This document shows, in pieces, positions 10,000 to 16,773 of a stretch of 54,556 bases of DNA. Each line of letters starts with the position of its first letter. The stretch's first letter is position 1. The stretch comes from an uncultured Coxiellaceae bacterium (GTDB taxonomy: Bacteria; Pseudomonadota; Gammaproteobacteria; DSM-16500), in assembly GCA_964533645.1 (NCBI GenBank), contig CAZHMQ010000001.1, positions 1-54,556 of the forward strand, written 5' to 3'. Under the pieces are notes generated by a model, which had not been told where the DNA came from, ran no database searches, and saw only the letters and a list, made by a program, of their open reading frames with translations. Position numbers and translations under genes: made by a program.

Positions 10000-12066
10000 A
10001 TGAAAAAATCAAATGAAACTGCAAAAGAAGCGGCGCATCGCCTCAGCCAAAAATCTATAAATGATGGTTTTCAGCCAGAGGCGTTGCATGAATATACTGA
10101 TGCTAACGGTAATACACTATATTGGCGAATTCGTTTAAAAAATCCAGAAACAGATGATAAATGGATTCGCCCAATGCGATACGACGATGCACAAGGCTTC
10201 CTATTGAAAGAACCAGATTATGTTAATGGTAAGCCTTTATATAATTTACATCGACTGTTATCGAAAGAAAAAAGCCCAGTAATAATCGTAGAAGGTGAAA
10301 TGTGCGTTGATCGTCTGACGGGACTTGGCGCACTTTCAACTACAAGCGGTGGCGCAGGTTCTGTCGAAAAAACAGATTTGCAAATATTAGCTGGGCGATC
10401 AATTATAATATGGCCTGACAATGATGATCCAGGAAAACGTTTTGCAGAAGCTTTTACCAAAAAGCTAATACCCCTAGGTTGCGAAATTCGACGAATTAAT
10501 ATTAGTGTCTTAAATCTTCCCGATAAGGGTGATGTCATAGATTGGTTGACAATGAATCCTGATGCGACCATCGAAGACATTTTAAAACTACCAACAGAAC
10601 CGGTTGGTAATAAAGACTCCAGTAAGCAAGACGATGAGACTCCCGAAAACGAGCTAACAGAGAAATCACAAACAACTGCTTTAGTCGATTTCACGAGAAC
10701 TCGAGTTAAATTATTTCATGACAAAAATTCTGCTGTCTATGCACAAGACCTCTCTACTGGCGAAACCAAGCGACTTGATGGACGACAATTTAAAGATTGG
10801 TTAATTGCAAATTTTTATGAAGCCACTGGTAAATCGCCTAGAGACCAATCGATACGAGAAGCATTAAGTACGTTAAGTGGGCTTGCGAGATATCGAGGCG
10901 AATGCCACGAGGTACATATACGTGCGGCGTATAACGATGGTAAATACTATCTTGACCTGGCTGAACCCGGAAAAAGCCTGGTTGTCTGCATATCATCAGA
11001 AGGATGGGAACTTATTGATAACCCACCAGTTTGTTTTCTTAGACCTGAAACATTACAGCCATTGCCGGAACCGATGCGAAACGGCGATATTTCATCATTA
11101 TGGAATATGGTAAATGTTTCAGAGCATGATAGATTGCTAATTATTGCATGGCTAATCGATTGCCTGCGCCCCGAAACTCCTTTTCCTTTATTAGAATTTA
11201 TTGGTGAGCAAGGAAGCGCTAAAAGCACAACACAAATGATGCTGCGAAGATTAATTGACCCCAATAGCTGCGACCTGCGTGCAGCACCAAAAACAATCGA
11301 AGATATTTTTGTAAGTGCGGGCGTTAATTGGTTGGTCAGTTATGAAAACATCAGTCACCTTTCTCCGCAGGTTCAAGATGCACTTTGTGTATTAGCGACT
11401 GGTGGTGGATTCGCAAAAAGAAAATTATATAGCGATGCTGATGAGTCTGTGATTTTAGTTAAGCGTCCAGTTGTATTAAATGGAATCGGTGCCGCTGTAA
11501 CCGCACAAGACCTCATTGATAGAACTATATCTATTGAAACACCGCTCATTACCTTAAGAACGGAAATAACTGAGCTGTGGAATCAATATACGCTGCATCA
11601 AGCTGGTATGTTAGGCTCCTTATTAAGTATTTTTTCAGAATCACTTTCACGGTTAAAGCATATAACACTTCCTCAAGCTGACCGCCCACGATTAGCTGAG
11701 TTTGCAAAGTTGGGAATGGCAGTTGCTGAAACGATGGGTAAAAACGGAGAAGATTTTTTGGCACAATTCAATGCGAGCCGCCAAGAATCTATAGCACGCA
11801 CTATTGATGCCAGTCCCGTAGCTTCTGCGTTAATCGAGTGGTTCGATGACTGCAATCGACGTACAACAGTGTTGCCCGTCAAACAGCTTTTTTTGCAGGT
11901 TGAACGAAAAAAACCACTCAATACTGATAGCTGGCCTCGTTCAGCAAAGGGGTTTGCAGACGCATTACGCCGCATGGCTCCCGCATTACGTTACATTGGA
12001 ATTGAGTGTCGAAGTTTAGGTAAAACTGGCAGTTATGTTTCATGGGAGATCAAGCAAAAAGCGTAA
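10000..12066 (+). CDS. Toprim-domain primase fused to a P-loop NTPase (replication protein of the island)
   Basis: Toprim motifs are present: VIIVEGEMCVDRL (Glu) and IIIWPDNDDPGKRFAE (DxD). A downstream Walker A-like motif is GEQGSAKSTT. The gene starts 2 nt after the zinc-finger ORF stop. Confidence 0.8.
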   Translation: MKKSNETAKEAAHRLSQKSINDGFQPEALHEYTDANGNTLYWRIRLKNPETDDKWIRPMRYDDAQGFLLKEPDYVNGKPLYNLHRLLSKEKSPVIIVEGEMCVDRLTGLGALSTTSGGAGSVEKTDLQILAGRSIIIWPDNDDPGKRFAEAFTKKLIPLGCEIRRINISVLNLPDKGDVIDWLTMNPDATIEDILKLPTEPVGNKDSSKQDDETPENELTEKSQTTALVDFTRTRVKLFHDKNSAVYAQDLSTGETKRLDGRQFKDWLIANFYEATGKSPRDQSIREALSTLSGLARYRGECHEVHIRAAYNDGKYYLDLAEPGKSLVVCISSEGWELIDNPPVCFLRPETLQPLPEPMRNGDISSLWNMVNVSEHDRLLIIAWLIDCLRPETPFPLLEFIGEQGSAKSTTQMMLRRLIDPNSCDLRAAPKTIEDIFVSAGVNWLVSYENISHLSPQVQDALCVLATGGGFAKRKLYSDADESVILVKRPVVLNGIGAAVTAQDLIDRTISIETPLITLRTEITELWNQYTLHQAGMLGSLLSIFSESLSRLKHITLPQADRPRLAEFAKLGMAVAETMGKNGEDFLAQFNASRQESIARTIDASPVASALIEWFDDCNRRTTVLPVKQLFLQVERKKPLNTDSWPRSAKGFADALRRMAPALRYIGIECRSLGKTGSYVSWEIKQKA

Positions 12067-12075
12067 CTTTTAGAA

Positions 12076-12128
12076 TTAATGTCTTGCAAGTCTTAATGTC
12101 GTCTTCACTTAAGACTTCAAGACATTAA
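12076..12128 (+). terminator. Long hairpin after the primase gene (probable intrinsic terminator)
   Basis: The left arm TTAATGTCTTGCAAGTCTTAA pairs with TTAAGACTTCAAGACATTAA (about 20-21 nt arms, 1 indel, 12-nt loop). A T-run (CATTTTG) follows nearby. Confidence 0.55.
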
Positions 12129-12230
12129 CGACTTCATTTTGATAATTGTTTATTGGAATTTTTCACCAAAAACAATTATAGCTTAAATGCAAAATTACCA
12201 AATGATTTCGGTAAAATTATGGAGGTAAAA

Positions 12231-12842
12231 ATGGGCGGACTAGGTAGCGGGAGACATTGGCATTACAGTACAAAATCGACGGTTAATAAGTACCATTCCA
12301 TCGATGTCAGAAAATGGCACAAAAAAAACTTACTTACCTCCGGCATTTCCTTCAGTACCAAGTGGTTTCGCAACAATGAAGTCACTGGATCGATTCGTGT
12401 GTTAGCTGCTGAAAAATGCCTCATATTAAGCTATCGGTACACACATTCCGAGGAATGGAAAGATATGAATTATCCGATTGATTTGGAATGGACAGCATGC
12501 AAGCTTGGCGGCAAACGGCCATGGTTTCTTTGTCCTGCAAAAAATTGCGGACGGCGTGTGGCTATCTTATATGGCGGGGCGATATTCGCATGCAGACACT
12601 GTTATCAATTGGCTTATCCGAGTCAGCGTGAAAATCTTGATGATCGCGCAACAAGAAAAGCAGAAAAAATACGCGAACGCATGGGCTGGAAGCCAGGTAT
12701 TTTGAACGGTGAAGGCTTCAAGCCAAAAGGAATGCATTGGAAAACCTTCGAACGATTATGCTTTATTCATAATGAAATGGTTAATCTTTCATTGCGAGAA
12801 GCAACATTACGATTCGGAATTAATATGTTTGATTTTTACTAG
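12231..12842 (+). CDS. Hypothetical zinc-ribbon protein
   Basis: CPAKNCGRRVAILYGGAIFACRHCYQLAY gives a CxxC...CxxC ribbon. The start was moved to MGGLGSG (RBS GGAGG). No family was recognised. Confidence 0.5.
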   Translation: MGGLGSGRHWHYSTKSTVNKYHSIDVRKWHKKNLLTSGISFSTKWFRNNEVTGSIRVLAAEKCLILSYRYTHSEEWKDMNYPIDLEWTACKLGGKRPWFLCPAKNCGRRVAILYGGAIFACRHCYQLAYPSQRENLDDRATRKAEKIRERMGWKPGILNGEGFKPKGMHWKTFERLCFIHNEMVNLSLREATLRFGINMFDFY

Positions 12843-12880
12843 AAAAAAGCAAGTCAACTCATTTATCAAGGAGAAGCAAC

Positions 12881-13228
12881 ATGACGACTCCACGCAACAT
12901 GCTTGATCAACACGCAAATGCGATTATTGAAAAATTAATTGAGCGTGCATTAGCAGGTGATCTTACTGCACTTCGCCTTTGTGTAGAACGCATTATTCCG
13001 CGCGCAAAACCAGATAGCGGAATTAATTTTGACCTACCCGAGGGCAGAATAGATTCCGGCGATAATATGCTGCAAATTGCAAACAATATCACTCAAGCTG
13101 TCGCAAAGGGTGAAATGACAATTGATGAAGCTGAAAAATTCACTGACTTTCTCAAACATCAACGCTGGCATATTGATCAAGCCGAGGGTAAAAAGCGAGA
13201 CGAAGAATGGAAACATAAAAGAGGATGA
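12881..13228 (+). CDS. Hypothetical small helical protein
   Basis: 115 aa with RBS AAGGAGA. The N-terminus ...AIIEKLIERALAGDLTALRLCVERIIPR resembles small phage or island proteins. No family was assigned. Confidence 0.5.
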   Translation: MTTPRNMLDQHANAIIEKLIERALAGDLTALRLCVERIIPRAKPDSGINFDLPEGRIDSGDNMLQIANNITQAVAKGEMTIDEAEKFTDFLKHQRWHIDQAEGKKRDEEWKHKRG

Positions 13229-13252
13229 TAATTTATTTGATACGGTACGCTA

Positions 13253-14686
13253 TTATGTTTCTGATTTATAATTTGTTAACCATTTATGCAGAAACTCAGT
13301 GGCATTTACGTCATCTTCATTATAATTGATAATATCTTGCAATATATTTCTATCGTTTGTTTCGAGCCACGTCTCATACCAAAATATACTTTGAGCACCC
13401 CCAGCTTTTTCGTGTTGCCATTTAAAATCAAGATATTTTGCTATATCTTTTATAGAGTAAAAATACACAGGAAATGCAAATGAAATTGCGGTTATTTTTC
13501 TCAAATCGATCAGATTATCGACAAACAATCCAAGCTCTCGACAACTACCATATTTATCAGATAATATTTTTAATCTGGTTTTTTCTGCATCACTGTAATG
13601 GTAAATTTTTACATCATCAAAATTTTGATTCTTGAGCCAATCAATAAATTTATTCCACATTTCGCTTTCTTCTTCGGGATTTTCAGCTAAAAAATATTTA
13701 AAAATTGGTTTAGAATCCGGCTTTGAAAGAAGCAGACCAAACAAATAATCAACCCCTAACAAGGGATCATACTCCACATCAAAATAAATTTTTGTATGGC
13801 AGTCCGGTATATCTGGTTTAGCTAAAGGAATAACCTCATCATTGACAAATGCTTTTGCTTGTAAATGTAATCGCTTTAATGTGGAATCACTAGCTCCTCT
13901 AATTTTTGGCAATGAATCAATATTGCATTTCGCCATATCGCTTAAAGTTTTTATGCCTTCTTGATTTAAACTTTGCAGCGTATCAGCCCTAATATTATAT
14001 AGCAGTGAAATGTCTGATTTTTGCTCCGCATAGTCAAGTAGAACTTCCGCCCAAGGCGTGCCCAATGCATCCTTAGTAATTTTTAAAGGTGGCTCCTCAC
14101 CTCGAAGAATGCTCAAAATATTGCTGATAGCTTCATTGGTACTTTGCAATATCTTCTCAGTTAATTCGCAGGGAATTTCTTGTTTATTTTTATTTATGAA
14201 GCCTCCAATGGACGGCCTATATCCCTGTATTTTTTCTAAGATAATTGCATATAACATTAATTGTTTTTTGTACTCTGGCTTATTATCAAAATTCATTGAA
14301 TTTTTTATTTCTACTGGTATGTAATAATAATTACCGAAATTTGAAATGCCACTGTACTTCTTAAGAAAATCCGGACGCCCTTTAAATTTTACATCACCAT
14401 CACTGCAGGATATGACGCCTTGATATATAAGTTCTTCTCCAGATTTCATGTATTCTAGCGTTAATTTTTCTGCTTCATCTTCCGATAAGATTTTATTAAC
14501 AGTAACTTTTTGCATGTCTTTAACACAGTCTTCTTCGTGTAAAACGCCACCCTCAATTAGACGTAATGTTAACTCCGGCAGTGCGATTTTTTTTGATTGA
14601 TCCCCATGAACGTCATACCATATCCAATGTGGCGATTTTGCATATTGAAAAAACATAGACGGGCTGATTTCCAATAGCTGATCCAT
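13253..14686 (-). CDS. TM0106-type RecB-like nuclease (N-terminal PD-(D/E)xK domain plus C-terminal RNase H-like exonuclease fold)
   Basis: GRPDFLKK ... YYIPVEIKNS gives D...ExK. The C-terminal half has IYFDVEYDP (DxE), IYHYSDAEKTRL and INYNEDDVNATEFL, as remembered for the TM0106 family. Confidence 0.68.
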   Translation of the reverse strand: MDQLLEISPSMFFQYAKSPHWIWYDVHGDQSKKIALPELTLRLIEGGVLHEEDCVKDMQKVTVNKILSEDEAEKLTLEYMKSGEELIYQGVISCSDGDVKFKGRPDFLKKYSGISNFGNYYYIPVEIKNSMNFDNKPEYKKQLMLYAIILEKIQGYRPSIGGFINKNKQEIPCELTEKILQSTNEAISNILSILRGEEPPLKITKDALGTPWAEVLLDYAEQKSDISLLYNIRADTLQSLNQEGIKTLSDMAKCNIDSLPKIRGASDSTLKRLHLQAKAFVNDEVIPLAKPDIPDCHTKIYFDVEYDPLLGVDYLFGLLLSKPDSKPIFKYFLAENPEEESEMWNKFIDWLKNQNFDDVKIYHYSDAEKTRLKILSDKYGSCRELGLFVDNLIDLRKITAISFAFPVYFYSIKDIAKYLDFKWQHEKAGGAQSIFWYETWLETNDRNILQDIINYNEDDVNATEFLHKWLTNYKSET

Positions 14687-15141
14687 AGTGCCCCCCCGTT
14701 TTTTTACCTATATTTTTCGAAAAAATTACCCCATTACGGGGGCAGGGTAAACTGCTGTGTTTGCTCTAAGGCAAAACTATTGCTATAACGTATTTTGGCA
14801 CTAAAATTAGCCCTTCACGTACATAGACAACTTGCAAGGTTGGGTGTATTTGCATACATTAACCCTCCATTTTGTTGGGCGAGGTGAAAGCCCCACCCCG
14901 CTCGGAGCATAGCTCCTGCTGCATTAAGCATTTGCCCAAGCAATGGAACAGGTAGTACCCTACGATTCAATTATAAGCCTTATTAAAAGCTCAATATTTA
15001 TTTCCTCAAATCTAGAATCAGCCAATGTTAAATGTTATAATTAAAATTAATAAACCAACCTATTGATTTTATTTTATATTTTAAACTTTTGTGTTAATTG
15101 TTCGCCATGGGCGTGTTAATTCTTTTGGAGTGTACCGTTAA

Positions 15142-16299
15142 ATGTCTGAAGCCAAATTCGAGCACCATGACTTAAGGTTAGTCGAGCCTTTTTTCGGCTC
15201 AAAATTGACCGATTTAATTATTGAGCTAGAGCATTTAAGAAAAAAACGTCTTGGGGGCACCACCCATGCATTGGTATTTTTTCAGCTAAAACATATATTC
15301 CATACTCTTGAAAGTATCGGATCAGCAAGAATTGAAGGCAATAACACTACTATTGCAGAATACATTGAAACCAAAATAGACCAGTCTCAACCACCCCCTC
15401 CCAATATAAAGGAAATTAAAAACATCGAAGAAACAATGTCTTTTATTGAAGAACACATTAATGGCACCCCTATTAATCGCATCTTTGTGAGTGAAATACA
15501 TAAAATGATTGTTAATGGGCTAGAAGCGCCTCCACAAGGCGAAGGTGATAAAACCCCAGGAGAATACAGAAGCAAAAATGTCAAAATTTCCAGATCGATG
15601 CACATCCCACCAGACATGAGCACCGTCAGCCAATATATGGATAATCTTTTCGAATTTATAAATCAAAATGACAGCGCCAAACATGACCTTCTCAAAATTG
15701 CGATTGCACATCATCGTTTTGTCTGGGCGCATCCCTTCACCAATGGTAACGGTCGAACTGTTCGCTTATTTACTTACGCGATGTTAGTTAAATTAGGGTT
15801 CAACGTTAGCGCAGGCAGAATTCTAAACCCAACTGCTATTTTTTGTAATAACAGAGACAATTACTATCACAATCTCGCAATCGCCGACAAAGGAACCGAT
15901 GAAGGACTACTAATTTGGTGCGAATACGTACTAAAAGGATTAAAAGACGAAATTGAAAAAATAGATAAATTAGCTGACTATGAGTATTTACATAAAGAAA
16001 TTCTTTTACCAACTATCAATCACTCACTTGAGCGACAATACATAACAGAAAGCGAAGCTAAGATACTTAAACGTGTTACTGATAAACAAGTCATCCAAGC
16101 ATCCGATCTAAACGATCTTTTTACAGGAAAAGCTAAATCTGAAATATCACGCCAGATTCGAAAATTAATTGAAAAGAAAATGCTAATACCAGAAGGTGAA
16201 GGAAAAAGAAAATACGTTATTCGATTTGATAACAATTATTTATTAAGAGGCGTTATTAAATCTTTAGGTGAAAAAGGGTTTCTCCCCATCAAAGATTAA
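15142..16299 (+). CDS. Fic family protein (AMPylase-type; class II with N-terminal inhibitory helix)
   Basis: The Fic motif is HPFTNGNGRTVR (HPFx[D/E]GNGR). The N-terminal inhibitory motif SARIEG fits [S/T]xxxE[G/N]. The C-terminal region is winged-helix-like. Confidence 0.9.
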   Translation: MSEAKFEHHDLRLVEPFFGSKLTDLIIELEHLRKKRLGGTTHALVFFQLKHIFHTLESIGSARIEGNNTTIAEYIETKIDQSQPPPPNIKEIKNIEETMSFIEEHINGTPINRIFVSEIHKMIVNGLEAPPQGEGDKTPGEYRSKNVKISRSMHIPPDMSTVSQYMDNLFEFINQNDSAKHDLLKIAIAHHRFVWAHPFTNGNGRTVRLFTYAMLVKLGFNVSAGRILNPTAIFCNNRDNYYHNLAIADKGTDEGLLIWCEYVLKGLKDEIEKIDKLADYEYLHKEILLPTINHSLERQYITESEAKILKRVTDKQVIQASDLNDLFTGKAKSEISRQIRKLIEKKMLIPEGEGKRKYVIRFDNNYLLRGVIKSLGEKGFLPIKD

Positions 16300-16350
16300 T
16301 TGCTATAATATTTTAGAAAATAAATACTTATTCAAAAATGGAATGCAAAA

Positions 16351-16767
16351 ATGAAAAAATTAATTCAGTATAGGGGAAAAACCAACAGCTTACGTCATAC
16401 TATAGGCTCAAACAATGAATCGTTTTTCCATATCGCACTATTTGAACTAGATAATCAAAAAATCATGTTAAAAATGGCCGAACCAATTTTTCTCGATAAT
16501 GATGATGAAATTATTGTAATAGGATGGATAAAAAATAATTTATTTCATGGAATAGCATATTATAATTTATCAAAAAAAATTGCTATAAAAGCATCTCCCG
16601 TATGGATGCTACTTGTAGGGATAATACCTTTTTTTGTAGTTGGCTTGTTGACAACAATTTTTGGGATAGGCTTAATTTTTTTAGGTGTTTCATTATATTT
16701 ATTTTACTTATTAAAACGCAATCTACAGGCTAATGAACTGATTGATAATTTAAACAAAATTACGTAG
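16351..16767 (+). CDS. Small protein with a C-terminal two-helix membrane anchor
   Basis: 138 aa. It has hydrophobic stretches VWMLLVGIIPFFVVGLLTTIF and IGLIFLGVSLYLFYLL. It lies 51 nt downstream of fic on the same strand. The RBS is weak. Confidence 0.5.
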   Translation: MKKLIQYRGKTNSLRHTIGSNNESFFHIALFELDNQKIMLKMAEPIFLDNDDEIIVIGWIKNNLFHGIAYYNLSKKIAIKASPVWMLLVGIIPFFVVGLLTTIFGIGLIFLGVSLYLFYLLKRNLQANELIDNLNKIT

Positions 16768-16773
16768 AAAAGT

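Noticed and set aside
12478-12906. 75-aa and 65-aa alternative-frame ORFs overlapping the zinc-ribbon gene and its downstream gap
   Set aside because: They are shadow frames of a better-supported ORF. They have no RBS or recognisable motif.
14875-14939. Reading the GC-rich multi-stem element as a tRNA or tRNA-like att site
   Set aside because: It is only 65 nt. The central arm has a 3-nt loop instead of a 7-nt anticodon loop, and there is no T-loop TTCRANY consensus. It is kept only as an unexplained structure.
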